From Azolla caroliniana (Eukaryota; Plantae; Polypodiophyta), in assembly GCA_043228905.1 (NCBI GenBank), contig JBHGNT010000001.1, positions 124,001-188,000 of the forward strand: a stretch of DNA of 64,000 nt, given 5' to 3'. The position numbers and the translations under genes are program-made. Below the pieces are notes generated by a model that saw nothing but the letters and a program-made list of their open reading frames with translations, was not told where the DNA came from and made no database searches. Positions 26,620 through 40,947 of the stretch are shown in pieces. Positions within the stretch are counted from its first letter, which is position 1, and each line of letters opens with the position of its first letter.

Positions 26620-29600
26620 AAGGGTCAATGGAAGTTGATAGTTCCATTGAGGCCCTTGAGTTGACTCTGTAAACAGGGGCAACTTTTTCCATAAGTGAAG
26701 GAACTTCTTCTTTCTATTGTTCACAATCTCTGGTGAACCCTACATGTTGTTATATTGGTCGCGGACTACTGCCAACAAGTTCTCCCATATCTAAAGCAAG
26801 ACATCTAAGAGACGTTGATCTGTTGCATCATAACATCAATTGCATCGACATTTCCATAATGCCCATAATGTTATTGTAGTCATTGTTTTCCATATATGGA
26901 CAGATCGCACCTACTTTCGAGGTTGTTGAAAGGGGCTAACTAATATCAATCTTCTATTATGTACCATCATTGCCTCTTGAACCGATGTTTGCCTCATACA
27001 ACATCAAACTGGACTATAACACTCCCCACATCGTTGCTCCCCATGAAAATAGGCAACCAACATTAATTGTCAAAAATAACGAAAGCACTTTAATCCATAC
27101 TTGTTGAGCTAAGGGACATGACCAAAGGGCATGCTTGGCAGTCTCCTCAGCTTCATGGCAAAAGTCACATTGTCGAAGATTGGATGTTACATTCCCTTTC
27201 AATGAGTGACCAACTGGTAAGGCCATATGCACTGATAGCCATCTGAAGAGAATAAATTTAGTTGCCCCCTTGAATGACCAAATCCATCTCTAGCAGGTTT
27301 TCAAATGCAAAGTTGAGACTCCCAACTAGTCCAATGTTTTTGAGTTGTTGGTATCCTTGTATTCAGAGAGAGAAGTAGTGCTCTTCCAAGTTTTACTGAG
27401 TATTGAAAGAAAGGAACCTTTATGGTCTGTTCCCCCAAGGAATGTGACCAAAACCAACCCCTCGGATCCCATGTTAATCTTGCAATCGGGTCTTTTGCAT
27501 ATAACCACAACATGTCACACATATGAGCAATTGAAGGATAGTGATCGAGCATCCATTTCTTTCCAAATTTAGCAAGCACTTTGACTGGTGCACTTTGCAA
27601 GTGTTGTAGATAACTACACTCAAAGGTGTTAGGTTGTAATGTATGATTATCTAGGACCTGACAATAAGAAGCGCACCCATTAGGTGAAAAACCCTTGACA
27701 TCCATCAATGTGTCCTTTATGAAGCATCCAAACCACATATGTTCCTTCCTAGGTTGAAAGGTTGTAGAAAACGAAGACTATGTTGTTGATATGCTAGCAA
27801 TCATTATCTTAGCACCATCAATAGATTGTAATCAAGTGCAAGACGATCTTCTTGTGACATTTGCTGAAATTGATTCCAAGTTCTTACAAATGCAGCACGC
27901 TCGTTCCAATTTCCCCTAGGCAAGGTGAGTTCTCAAGCCCAACACTTTTCCTACATTATCCCAAAATAAAGAATCGGCAAGAAGAGGTTGATTAAGCAGT
28001 GCATCCCACGTAGAAGGCATCATGTCTTAAGCAAAGATGACTTAATCACATCCCATGCCCTTATGATTCCTAGCAAAAATCTATTGGATGCAAGATCCCA
28101 CCTTGGTGTTTGTACAACATTCAAGAATAACCATTTTTAAGAGGGTGACCAAACACCGCCCGTCTTAGGACTTAACTGCATCAACTAATGTAGAAATATC
28201 CCTTTCCAAGATTTTGATCCTAGCAGCAATCCTCTAATCACAAACTTAGTCAAAAGGGCTCTTGATTGCATTGAAGGATCTATCAAAGCCAACCCTCCAT
28301 TGCTTTTAGGTTGGATTAACACATTCCAAGCAACTTTTGCTACTATTGTAGATCCCTGTTCCCCCCCCCCCCCCCCCCCGCAAAGGAAATTTCGGATCAA
28401 ACTTTGCACTTTTGTTATTGCAGATCTAGAAAATAGCCAAACAGATGCTATAAAGCACATTGAAGCCAGCAATACAGAGTTTGCTACTACATCCCAATGT
28501 AGTAGTTTACATTTTATTGACAATAGTAATGGCGATAACATTGCTTCTGGCCACAGATCTATACCAACCATACATGCCAAATAAAGAACTGGTTCAACAT
28601 GATGAAGCCATTAGAAAGAAGGACCTAGATACCATGCAGGGTGAGTTTCGTCACCTACCCAAAGTCCAAATGACTTGCTCAAGTTAAGTGATGCACCTGT
28701 AGCATCTGAGAAAACTTGCAAAGCATCTTGTGCCCGATTGAGATTACCAATCTCCCCATCAACATAAAGGGTCGTGTCATCTGCAAATTTGGCATCCAAT
28801 ATGATAGGTTGTGTAAAAGGTAATGCTATGCCTCTATACATGTTGAAGACTATCTTAGGTAGGAGGATAGGCTTCCCCAAACAAGATAAAAATAGAAGGG
28901 GCAAGAGGGCATCCTTGCCGAACTGACCTGGAAATAGGAAATAGTGGCCCATATCCTCCAACAAACAAAACGGAACTAGAAGCATGTCTATATAACGAAG
29001 AGACACCTTTTATCCATGCAACAGGAAAACCTAATCTTGATAGTATTGCCTCAAGAAAGTCCCAATCCACTTTATCATAAGTCTTCTCAAAGTCAAGCAA
29101 TAATATTGCAAGTTGTTGTTTATTTGCCAAGTTAAAGCAACCATTTCCCAAAACAAAAAGACGTTATAAAAAAGGCTTCTATCTTGCAAAAAAACAGATT
29201 GTGTATCATGAATAATAGACGACAACACCAATCTTAGTCTGAGAGCAATGGTTCTTGACACAATCTTGTACACATCATTAATATTAAATTAACCGCTCTA
29301 ATAAGTAGAGGACCCATAAAATCCCAATAGTGCAAATAGAAGCCAACACCTATTCCATCTTTTCCCAGACAAACATCCTTTCCTAAGGATTCAGTTGCAG
29401 AAAAAACCTCTTGTGGTGTGAATGGTTGCAATAAATGAGATGCCATTACATATGTAACCTTTTGTTGAACAATTGCAAGAACAACTTGTCGCTTGTAAAG
29501 ACTATCTACCGAAAAAGATTCCGTAGACAACAACTGACGGTAATAATCTGAGACTATATCTCGCATCTCAGAGTCATCTGATGTATAGGATCCATCAAAC

Positions 29601-30647
29601 AACTTCAAAGAGGTAATAGAAAGAGGTTTATTTTTCCGTTTAAACTGATTAAAGAATTCTTTGTTGACCCGATCCTACCTTTGTGACCAACGAGCAACAT
29701 TATGGTAGTAAAAGAACATTGAGCGTTCCTCCTGCTTTTCTTTTAAAATGCTTTTCACTCGTTGCAAGTCACAACATAGCATAGATGAAGTTGGATACCT
29801 TTCCAACAGTTGTTGTATTGTTGCAAGAGCACGACGTAGGTTGGCAATTTCTGAATTGCAATGATAAATCGATGTTGCAATTATTTTTGTGAATGGAGTC
29901 TTTGTATCGAGTATGGCATAAACCATAATCTTAAGCATACACTCGTCCGAGAAGTTGTAGCTCGACCATAACTAGGTGATTGACATCCTATGATTATCAT
30001 TAGATTACAATGAAGGACGAATATACAATTGCTTGGAGTATCGCCTCTTGGTAAATGTAACATGTAACTTTAGAGGATCATGGTCATAGATAATTGAGCT
30101 CGGAATAATTCCTACGGACCCACCTGCCTCCCAAAATACTCTACTAGCATAAAATCTATCTAGTTGTGACAAATTTGTAACCGTTAGACTCCCATTTGAT
30201 CGAGAGAACTGAAGGGATCCTTGTATGCGTAAAAAAAAATGCACCTTCCATAAATCAAGCAAACCAAAGGCAAAACAAAAATAATCCCAACACTTAGCCT
30301 CCCGTCCTGAAATAATAGTACCTACACCTCCCAATCTATCAGCAACATCCTCAATCATATTGTAGTCACCTCCCACCAACCAGCAATCCGCTAAATCCGC
30401 ATAATAAAAAAGAGATAACCATAAATTTGCCCTTTCTGACGCTGAATTGGGGGCATAGAGATTCATGAGGCCAACTTTTTGGGATCCTCTTTTTAAAATA
30501 AGGAATTGTGCTCGTTTATTCATAGTAGTAGCTGCTAACACGATGTTAGACTTCAATTGTTGTCTAATAGCAATGCATAATCCAACCTGACAACCATTAG
30601 GGCCAAATGCAGGAACCTAGAAATGAGTCCACCGTCCTGGTAAAATG
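26620..30647 (-). pseudogene. LINE ORF2 remnant
   Basis: NLYAPN, GGDYN, LDRFY, LLDFEKTYDKVDW, RQGCPLAP, FADD, CDFCHEAEETAKHALWSC; many stops and frameshifts. Confidence 0.92.
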
Positions 30648-30926
30648 TGTCAGGAACACACGCTCTGATGAACAACGCTCGACCACAACCGAGCTTAGAA
30701 TCAAAACACAGAAAAACGGGAAATGAATGCACGACACAGTGAAGAGAAGAGTACACAGGATGTTTACGTGGAAAACCCAAACACGGGAAAAACCACGACA
30801 GTCCACTCACTGCTAACTATCACTATGTAACAAATGTACAATAGATGAACATAGAGGCAATGACCTCTTGTTCACTGTCTTCGCCACAGGCGGCGGTTAC
30901 AACAGAGATACGAACTCTTCGTCTCT

Positions 30927-30965
<39 letters not shown>

Positions 30966-31285
30966 CACTGTTGCGCTCTAATCTTACGCCAACAAGAATG
31001 ACAACAACTTTTTTTTTCACTAAGTTTGCCCTAAGTTATATTTATACTAAAATGATTTTTCGGCTATTTACAAATGTAGCCCCGATGGACTCTCAAAAAC
31101 ATATTTACGAATATGTCCCTTCATCCGGTGAGCACTCCTCACCGGGCCTGCATCATCCGGCGCTTGTCGGGCACTCGTCATCCGGTTCTCACCGGGTCTT
31201 TCGTTGCCGGGTACTCCACATCCGGTTCTCACCGGGTCTTCCGTTGTCGGGTACTCCATCATCCGGTTTCGGCCGAGGCCGACTT
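30648..31285 (-). mobile_element. Truncated copia-type LTR inserted in LINE 2
   Basis: Colinear with the solo LTR at 45344-46050; right terminus missing along with the LINE ORF1/ORF2 junction. Confidence 0.85.
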
Positions 31286-32613
31286 AAGTAACTGGATGGA
31301 ATGCGGATCTATCTTTTGTGGGGAAGAATCTGGGTTCAGCCTCTGTTGAGGAAGGTGGGATGATGAGTGGTCCAAAACATTCACCTCATGTGAACGGTCT
31401 TGTTCTACATACAAAGCAGAATACCTATTTTGTAAGGGAGGAAATTCCTTTAGGCTGTTACTAGACACATGGTGAGGTTTATCATGAGATACTTGTGAAG
31501 GTGTCTTCCTACGCCCCACCTCAGTCCAACCATCAGATCTATCCTGAGACGACATTATATTTGTGATAGGGACATGTTTATCGATATCTTTAGTAATTTT
31601 TGGGCAAATTTTTGCCAAATGTCCAAATCCAAAACAATGAAAACATTGATTTGGTAAGCCCCTATACAATATTTTCTGAGAAAAAAATTCTTGGCTTGTA
31701 TTGGGCAACAATATATTTGAGGGCAGAACTACGGATTTAGAAATCAATTTTTTTGCAGATGCAGCTCCCATTGACTTTTCTTCGATCTGACGGGGCTTAT
31801 ATAGGTTTCCAAAACCGTACCAATATTACCAGCAATTAGATGCACGAAAGGCATCCATTCTTTACGCAAATTGGGAAACACCACCATACATGTATGATAT
31901 AAATCTAACTCATGAAGTACCTGATTTGCGGAGAAGTTGTGAATCCTTTTATGGAAGGAGACCCATCCTCCCTTGACTGCCACAACTTTCTTCTCTAGCA
32001 AGATCGACACCATTCGTTCCAACTCAAACTCTACCTGATAGTAATTCCGTCCAAGCATTTGTACATCTGTGATGTTATCAATCTCTTGTTTCAATGCTGC
32101 TTGCAACAATAAATGAAGGTCAACGCGTTGAGGACAAATGCCTAAAACATGTGCAATGACAATCCTCTTCTCTATACATTGTAGCTCTCTTACTACCTGT
32201 GCTCGATCCAGTTCTGACAATAGGCGCTTTACTGCGCTGTTCGAAATAAGCGAGATGTCCGGGTTCGCTACACGAGAGCCCCGGTTACACAATTCGCAAC
32301 AATGCAACAACTGCTCCTGATTCGCAGGTGTATCGATGAAGACCGCCAGCTTTTCTGTAGCTATTATGGCAGACACAATAATCCCAAAACCTACCCTGAC
32401 AGGATTTAAACACCCATCGACAACAACAGGTTGAGCGGCGGCAACATGCTGGATGGCGGGGGGTTGCGCGGCGGCACTATGGGTAGAGATGGGCTGAGCG
32501 GTGGCAGATGGAGTGATGTTTGGCTGAGCGACAGAAGGTATGGCTGCTGTAGGTTGAGCTGAGCGTTGGTAGGTGCTATAGCGTTCTTCATCGTTTTGTT
32601 GATTGGATGTCAC
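31286..32613 (-). pseudogene. LINE ORF1 remnant (one frameshift, C-terminus deleted)
   Basis: ITDVQMLGRNYYQVEF, FPNLRKEW, YRGLPNQCFHCFGFGHLAKIC. Confidence 0.88.
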
Positions 32614-32791
32614 TCATAGTTTATTTGAAACCTTCATTTTTTGTAGAGCAACGAAAGTGAAACTCGAAAGCTGACTATATACGCAATAGAAATTACGTGT
32701 GTCATATAAACTGAATTATTATTATGTATGCTACCTGTGTCATCACCTGTGACCTAAATAAAAACCCTAAATCAAATTCTAAAACCCCAAG

Positions 32792-32826
<35 letters not shown>

Positions 32827-33027
32827 CTCTCCCTCAAATGTCCCCCACTTGCAAAGCGAATGCGAGCACGCCTTAAACCCTAAACCCCCACCTTTCTCTG
32901 TCTGACTGACTGACTTGACTGTGTTGTGTGCCTGTTTGTCTGTCTGTCTCTCTTCGCTTCTCTTCTCTTCTAAGTTCTAAGTTCTATCAAGTAGAGCAAA
33001 TCCACATCCTTCTTCCTAGGAACTCTC

Positions 33028-35425
33028 ATGGCATCTTCCCTACTGTCGAGGTCTCTCTCTCGCGTTGGGAGCCATTTAGGACTTTCGCCTGCATCCATCC
33101 CTGCCGGCATCAGACCTTCCTCCTCTTTCGCCTGGCACACTTCATCTTTCAGCACTACTTCAGACCCTGATGAGAGTTCCACTTCGGAAGCTGAAGCCGA
33201 AGCTGAACCCGAACCAGACAAGTATCACGAGCCTGTTGCCCTTGTAACAGGAGCTTCTCGTGGCATGGGTCTCGAATTTGTAAGTAAAATCAGTCATTTT
33301 CTTTATTTAGTTCGAGCTTCTTTGATTCCTGTGTAAGTCCTTCCGCGCTAGCAGGAATTATGATGTCAATGTAGTTTGCAAATATGGCTTTTGATCTGTC
33401 TGTTTTCTTGAAACAGTTTAAGTCTCAGGTTTAGCAAATATACTGCTCTTCTGAGGTCGTTTTTCTGAATGTCTGCCTACAATGATTTATTTGTACAGAA
33501 TGTTTAGAATATTTTTGGTTGAGTCTACACTCACTGAGTCTGTTTTCAAAGCGGTTTGAAATCTGGATGATGTCGTATATTTCCTTGATGCTGTTTCCTA
33601 TTGATTTGAATTGCCAAACGTCTGTATTAACTTTTAAACTGAGAGCACATTGGAGAAGTGCATGTTGTGACTGTAGGTAAAGCATCTGAGTTTTGTTTTG
33701 AATGTAATTTATCTTGATACAGATATGTATTATGTAGATATGGTTTTCTATTCTGGTCCGAGTTGATGATAGTCTTTGAAAACTAAAAAGTGGACCCATT
33801 CCCCGTAGGTGTATATTACTTGTTGTTTCCATCATCATGGAGTTTGTTCTTAAGTGGTCAATTCCTGATGAAATGACCTAGTGCATCGATGTTGTATCAA
33901 TGAATTTCAAATGCTGAAACTTTATACCAAGCGATTGCATATTTCTGCACGCTATGTGCAAGTTTATTTTCTGGCATTTTGATTGGATTAGAATACTTCC
34001 CGATTGTAACATAACAATAATCGTGATAAAACTCTAGATTTTATGTCTATGTTAATGCCAATAAGTTTTCCTAGTTTGATGCCGATCTTGTTCCTGTTAC
34101 AGACAAGACAACTTTTGGTTAAATATCCTGGCCTAGTTGTCTATGGAACTGCAAGGAATCCAGATGAATCAGTTGGACTTCAAGCTTTGAAACGAAGACA
34201 TCCTGTGCGATGTGAACTTGCTGAAATGGATGTTACTAAAGAAGATACTATTGAGGTTAAACGCTACCTAATCATTTGCTTGCTGTGCATCTCTCTGTGA
34301 AGTATAAATTTGAGCGACAAGCTCATCATATATTTGAATAAAAGGTCACACCAAATGATGTTTTCCCACCTCATTTCTTCTAAATGCGCTTCAGGCTCTA
34401 GCAAAGGATATAGATGACAAATATGGACGCGTGGATCTTATTATTAACTGTGCTGGCTTACTGCATATACCCAATGAAATAAAACCAGGTATACTATATT
34501 ATGGTTATCATCTTATTCGTTTCTTTGTTTCACAGTAGGGACAACTGCATTGCTATTATTACTATGGACATGAATAGGCCAAAAACATTGATTAAATCCA
34601 TTTTGTTAAGGAAAATGAGCCTGGAAATGGAGATGGTGCAAGTTATTTTTTGTGATGCCTAAACGCCTTTCTGATTTCAAGAAACCCATGTGGCACTTCA
34701 TGTCTCATTTTCCATAAAAATTTATATGTATTATTTCATGGATTTTGTCAACACTTTACCATATGAGTGGCGAATGTTTTGCTTTACAGAGACAATCCTT
34801 TCTCAGGTTGAAACTGATAACATGATGCGTGTATTTGAAGTCAATGCTGTTGGTCCTACTCTCGTAGCGAAGGTATGTGCTGCTCAATATTTCATTCGTT
34901 TATCACTCATGACACAAGCTTTATGATCAGATTTAAATTGCTCTTTCTTTTGCAGCACTTTTGGCAACTTCTAAAAATAGGTAAAGGTGACAAGACTGGA
35001 AGGGCTGGATCTGTTATTGCTCACATTAGTACACGAGCTTCGTCAATGAAAGGGAATACCCTTGCTGGATGGTATGGCTACCGAGCTTCGAAGACTGCTC
35101 TTAATATGTGTATGTCACCTGTCTTTCCTTCTTTTATTTGTTCCAAGTGTTTGTAAGAAATGATACTCAAGTCTGGTTTCCATTTGCAGTGGTTAAAACA
35201 ATGGCGCAAGAATCAATGAGCCGAAGAGATCCGGTTATTTTATGTCTTCTTCATCCAGGGACAGTGAATACAACTCTTTCAAAGCCTTACTCAGCTGGGG
35301 TGACAAAGATGAAATTATTCTCTACAGACTATGCGGTTGAAAGACTTCTTGGAATCATTAATAAAGTTCGTCCCGAGGATAATGGCAAGTTTACATCATG
35401 GGATAGACAGGAGGTTTCATGGTGA
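33028..35425 (+). CDS. Short-chain dehydrogenase/reductase, CsgA (C-factor)-like, probable organellar transit peptide; exons 33028-33279, 34103-34255, 34395-34488, 34790-34872, 34956-35109, 35190-35425
   Basis: ALVTGASRGMG, INCAG, EVNAVGP, GWYGYRASK (YxxxK), LHPGTVNT; GT-AG introns in phase; Ser/Arg-rich N-terminus. Confidence 0.92.
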
Positions 35426-38400
35426 TCAGTCAGCATTATATATACATCAGAGGCTATGATTACTAAGATGAGGAGTGCAACAAGGTCTATGCTATGATCA
35501 TGGGGATGTGATCTGAACTGATAGTCCAGATTGTTTTGTTAGATTAAGGTTAACATCTTTGTAAAAAGTTACAATTGAGTAATGGTGGATTCAATAACTC
35601 TGACCCAGAAACAACTATCTGTAAAATATCACGATACACAGATAGGAAATTTTATGGCAGGTTTGTCATTGGGATTGCAAGTGATTTAATTAGAAATGAG
35701 ATATTGATTTTATGCTATTTCCTTGAATGGTGGTTAAATCTGCCTTTATGTGCAAACTTGTGCAAGATGATGGATACAATCATGTTTTTCCCCATGAATT
35801 AAATCCAAGCATTCAAGTCTCACTAGGTCATCTCGCTGGAGTTGACAAGCACATAATGTGCATTTATCTTTTGAAGACAAGGTATGAGCCATGCAACTTG
35901 GTCCTGAAGGCTTGTCACTGCTCGCTTGAGTGTGATAACAAAATTGCTCAATTTGGGACACTAGCTAATCCACATGTATGTGTATTGCTTGTTTTTTAAG
36001 AGATCTACTGGTGGTCAATTGCAGGAGCACAAGTTGGTGATGTCTTTGATTTGTAGGGGGCCATGCACGAAGGTTGCAAAATGGAGTTAGAACAGATGAA
36101 GAGACTACAAGAAAAGATGTCTTGAGACTGGAAAAGATGAGTAGAAAGGCAAAAATTAAAACCAAGTTGTTAATGATTAGTTAGAAATTGTCTAGAAAAC
36201 CCTTGATTATGTTGTAGAGAAAACATGAGCATGACAAATGAGAATGATGATGAAAGAAAGCTTTGTTAAATTTCTTTCCCTTAGCAGTTATGCACTGAAA
36301 TGGCTGTGAATATTGCTTCCCCAAGTAACATGTATGAAATATACTATCTCCACAATAGTGAGCAAGGGCTACTTCCATCTTGGTGTAGGTCGTTTGTTCC
36401 ATTGTGTTGTTTTGTTCCTGGTCATTGAAGAAATAATGAACTTATTTTCCTAAATCATGGGACCAGACTCTTTTTTCAAGAAAATCTTGATTTTTCTGAA
36501 GTCTAAGATCATTTTGCTGAATGTTGTGGTTTGGGTGGGTTCATTGCATCTTGTTTGATAACATTCAAGAGTTCATTCTTTACATTCCATTCTTGTGAAA
36601 ATAGATGATGGTATTGCGTCCTAAATGCCTAGGTTAACATTTTTTGTTATCCTAATTTGCTTGAAGAGAGGTCTACAAATGACACCTTTTGAATGAATTA
36701 TCTTGTGGCTAGTTCACTTGCTGTAGTTCGATGTCTAATGTGAACTTTTGCTCCTCATCAAACATGGTGAGTTTGCCCTTGCAATTTGCTCCTTGGCAAA
36801 ACATGGTGAATTTGACCTTGTTAAACATGGCCAATTGGAGCATAATTATCTATATATTGGACCAAAATTGTCCCGTAATTTAGAATCCAATTAAAACGAA
36901 AACTTATGGCAATTTACATAGATAAAGAAAAACTTTAGGGTATTTCAAAGGTTAACCATATTTATACACAAATATGCATCAAATATTGAAGCCTAAAGGT
37001 GATATACTCAGGGGGGAATATATTCAAGGAGAAGCGTGATTGAGACACCTTAATTTCCAAAAAGCTTGTACAAAGATGAGATCTATATTTCTGTGACAGA
37101 ATATTTTGTAGCATAGTGCAGCATATTCCTATTATTACTTGGATATGTGACACATGCCAATAGCCCTAGTTCAAAAGAAAAACAATTGATGTCGGTGGCA
37201 ATTCGTTGGTTGCAAAGAACTGGGTTGCTTAACAATAAATAGCTTAGAATTTTATAATAGTAAACAAGCACAACCCTGACCAAACACAAGTAAACAAAGA
37301 GTATGAAAATGTTTTCTGATTTCCAAAATTACCAAACTGTTTGAAACCAACTCTAAATGGTGCAAATACGAATAAAATAACCTCTTCTAAAATAATATCT
37401 TACATGCAAAACACAAAGAGATGCAGTTCCACATATTTTGATAACATTCGAAACATAAAAATAAATCTAATTTAGGTTAGAACAGGAATAAAATAAACTC
37501 TCTGAAAACAATTCAATAACGTTGCATAGTGAGATGCAGTGCCACATGTTCTTATAAGAACCAAAACATAGAAAACAATGATATATTTTTGTATATAAAG
37601 AAAAGAACGTTTTATATATGTCAATTGCCAAGTGAGTGATTGTAATTTGGAATGTCATTTGCAAATGTAAAGTGAATGCCTTTAAGCACTACTTTTTAAT
37701 GAAACCCAAAGAACAAATCTCATTTATATCGACATATGTTCTTCATATTATTTTGAGTGTCATGCAAATAAATTAGAATAGTCTAATTAATAGAGTCAAC
37801 AACCAGATTTTTAGTGATAATGCTCATAGCAACATAATTAAAGAGCAAGGGCAATCTTTTATAAAATTCTTTCAAAATTAATAAACACCAAGCCATTGTG
37901 CTACAAAGTCAAACGTTTTTAATCATTGAAAGCATGTTGGGGAAATTTCTCAGGCATTGGCTTGACAAAAAGAGTTATGAGTCATGAGAATGGCGAATGT
38001 TGAATGTGATATTCTCATTAAGGGTGATGTTCAGTTGGGAATATGTGCATGGATGGTAGGTAAATTTCATATATTTGATTTGGGGGTAGCCCCCTTGATG
38101 CTAAAGTTTATCAGCATTACGTAATGTCTTGGACATAAAACTAATTATTGACATAGTTGCAAAACATGGACTAGAACTGCATGTTTCATATTTTTTGCAC
38201 CCTTCACAATTTCATTGACCTTGGTCAAAGCAATGTCCAGCAAGATCAAATCACTGAACAGAACATACTACACGATCTGATGTTGACACAGGAGTATTGT
38301 GATCAAATGGCCAATAATTTATGCTTCTATGCTACTTGCCACGTTCATATGGATAGAGGCCCAACCACAATTTGGGCGAATTGAGAATTGTTTCGAACTA

Positions 38401-38523
38401 AATTACACGATCCCACAATAGTGCACACTACTATCCATTCCGCACAGAGGTCAAACACAGTTGCAAATTCCATTCAATTTTGTATGACAATTTCTAATGG
38501 TGACGGAGTATGTTATGGTAGCT

Positions 38524-40643
38524 TTAGTATACCAGTGTAGTAACTGACTCACAATGTTGAGCAGATTCATCATGTTCTTCACTGTAGCCGAAAGGGGGGA
38601 TAGAGAAGAGATTATAAGTAGAACTCCCTTTCCTGAACTCTTTCAGTATCTTCCAAGCAGCTATGGTGTTCTTCATCATCCTTTCCACATCATCATCACC
38701 TACAATGTTCATCTCTACCTCCCATCCAGGTGAAAATAAATCAAACTCTTGGTCATATCCAGTAGTCATTGCTTTTAAAGTTAAGGAGGTATTAGCTGAT
38801 CTGGTCAGTGGGAATAAGGATTGCAAGGTCTCCTCACAGTCCTGAACTAATTTGGAGATAATATCAGTTGCAAAGAAAGGCTCTTGAAGGATGCTTTGAA
38901 TGAATGGCATCCGCAAGACTCCACCAGTTACTTTATCATATTTTTTGATTATCTTCACAAGACCTGCAAGAAAAGACAAAAAGAATAATAAGAATAAGAA
39001 CGCTAACAATTAGAAGGCATATTTGATTGCTTATTTTACATAATTGCATAAGCCTTTTACATCTTTAATTGATCTTCAATAAGAGAGGATAACGCTGATC
39101 ATTAGAGCTCTCATTCTACACAATTGCATAAGCTTTTTAGATATTTAATTTATCTCAACAAGAGAAAATAATGCTATGCATTGTTCAACATGTTTACATA
39201 AGCCTTCTACATCTTTAAGTTATATTCATGAAAGATAACAATGCTATACATAAGAGTTGTAATTCAACAAAATTGCATAAACCTTATATCAAGCAAGAGC
39301 TATTACCTGTGTAATTCAAAGCACTGTAATTCTCCAGTAGGACCATCTCTCCATGAATGTTCACAATGGCCTTCTGAATCTCCATTACCTCAGCATTCGG
39401 TTCAAGACTTGAACCACGAGATTCTTGAATTCTTTCAAACTTCCCTTTTACATTCTGTGATGATAACAAACCCCTTTTATAAAGCCTAGAGATAATCAAA
39501 ATTATTTTAACAGAAATTTGTCTGCCTAATGTTAGCCAGAGACAGCCTAGTCCACATTATCTGAAGTGCACAGCAACATTTTCTGAAATTTTAATTTAAC
39601 CTATGTCTCGTTTAATTAAAAAAGAGAGACCTCACACATATCAGTAAGCAGTTCTGTCAACATTATAAGCAGATTTAGGTTATACAAAGCAATTTATAAA
39701 GAAATCCAAGAGATAATGCAGCAGCACATAGCTTCCAGAATATATGTAGATCACATCCTAAGGACAAAATATCAATTCCTCATTTAAGCAGTTGTATTAT
39801 TTGGAATTTCGATTTTATTGAATTCTTTTAAGCTCTGCCATTTTGATTATATATGAATAACAAAGTTTGGGGAGGTGCCCTAGATTTAAATATAATGTTG
39901 CCTGCCAAAAATTAGGGAGATAATATGGTGAACACGTAGAAGATGCAGTCTATGGGGTATGATCCTCACAAAAAGGGACTTGAGGAGAGAGAGGGAACTC
40001 CATTATTCAGCTAAGGCAGTACTAATCTGAAATGATTCTCAAATTTCAGTGAAATTTTCTTGACAAATACGTAAGATCAACATTTTTTTTAGAGTTGCAC
40101 GTTCAAGCAAGATTTCGTTGCAAGTTTGACCAACTGTTTTTTTGCAAGCAATATTGACCGATAAACATTCCCTTGTAAGTTAAATTTCCAGGTTTGATCA
40201 ACATTTCTTTATGGTTATGCTTATCAATAAACATCTTTTGCAAGTTGAATAAAAATTCTTAGCAGGACTTTGTCTAACATTCTTTCCAAGTCCAACCATG
40301 ATTGAAACGCAGATACAAGAATCTAGACTCACTCCAAAAGCAGCCTACATAGTAATAACATTACCTGGAGACGAATAACGAACTCCTCCTCCTTCTCCAG
40401 GAAAAAGCTATTCATCTTGTCGATCTCTGTGTTTAAAAGACCGATAAAATCCATACCTTGCAGCATATGGCTCCTCTGATCATGGGGATTCTTAGTGTGA
40501 AGATTTCTAAAGATTTCTTCGTCATGCGGAAGAAATGAAATGTGTTTGAGCGCTTTCTTGAGGCTTTTGTAGTCAATAAACTGGTTTCTCCACTGCGGAA
40601 TGCTATCATCTAGAAGGCGTTGAAGCCTTTTACCAAACTTCAT
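38524..40643 (-). CDS. SPX: SPX-domain-only protein; exons 40643-40365, 39454-39307, 38963-38524
   Basis: [76 protein letters not shown]. Confidence 0.93.
39039..39290. repeat. Degenerate ~80-bp repeat (3-4 copies) in SPX intron 2
   Basis: CATAAGC(C/T)TT.TA.AT.TTTAA.T.AT recurs near 39047, 39127, 39197; partial copy near 39275. Confidence 0.7.
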
Positions 40644-40853
40644 GATAATAGAAGAGATGAGAAGATGAATGAAGAAAATGCAGGAATGGAGAAACAGAAG
40701 GAAAGTTTCTTCAAGATTATCTTTAACGCTTCAAACAGATAGGAAAGAGGGAAGTTCTTCTCAGAGATTTACCTTAAACTGATCGAGATGTATATATAAA
40801 TAGATAGATATCTGTGTGTAGGGGAGGGAAGAACCAAAGAAGCATGAAGAGAA

Positions 40854-40861
40854 GGATATAC
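40854..40861. promoter_or_regulatory. P1BS (PHR1 site) GGATATAC
   Basis: Matches GNATATNC, ~210 bp upstream of the SPX ATG. Confidence 0.65.
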
Positions 40862-40939
40862 CTTGTGAGAGCTGATGGAGACAGGATTTGAACTGCAGGT
40901 TCGATGGAGTCTGTTTCTTCACTCAGGGAATATTTTTGC

Positions 40940-40947
40940 GCATATTC
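40940..40947. promoter_or_regulatory. P1BS (PHR1 site) GCATATTC
   Basis: Matches GNATATNC, ~300 bp upstream of the SPX ATG; near-match GAATATTT at 40928. Confidence 0.7.

Larger units (their letters stand above)
26428..32704 (-). mobile_element. Second L1-type LINE, degenerate, TSD-bounded
   Basis: T-run 26429-26436 is the A-tail; TSD TATAAACTG(G/A)ATTA at 26414-26427 and 32705-32718; ORF1/ORF2 remnants homologous to the first LINE. Confidence 0.88.

Noticed and set aside
36181-36402. Possible LINE remnant (GKKFNKAFF)
   Set aside because: Similarity too short to support a call
39284-39499. SPX exon 2 acceptor at 39486
   Set aside because: Gives an immediate in-frame TAA; the acceptor at 39455 keeps the frame
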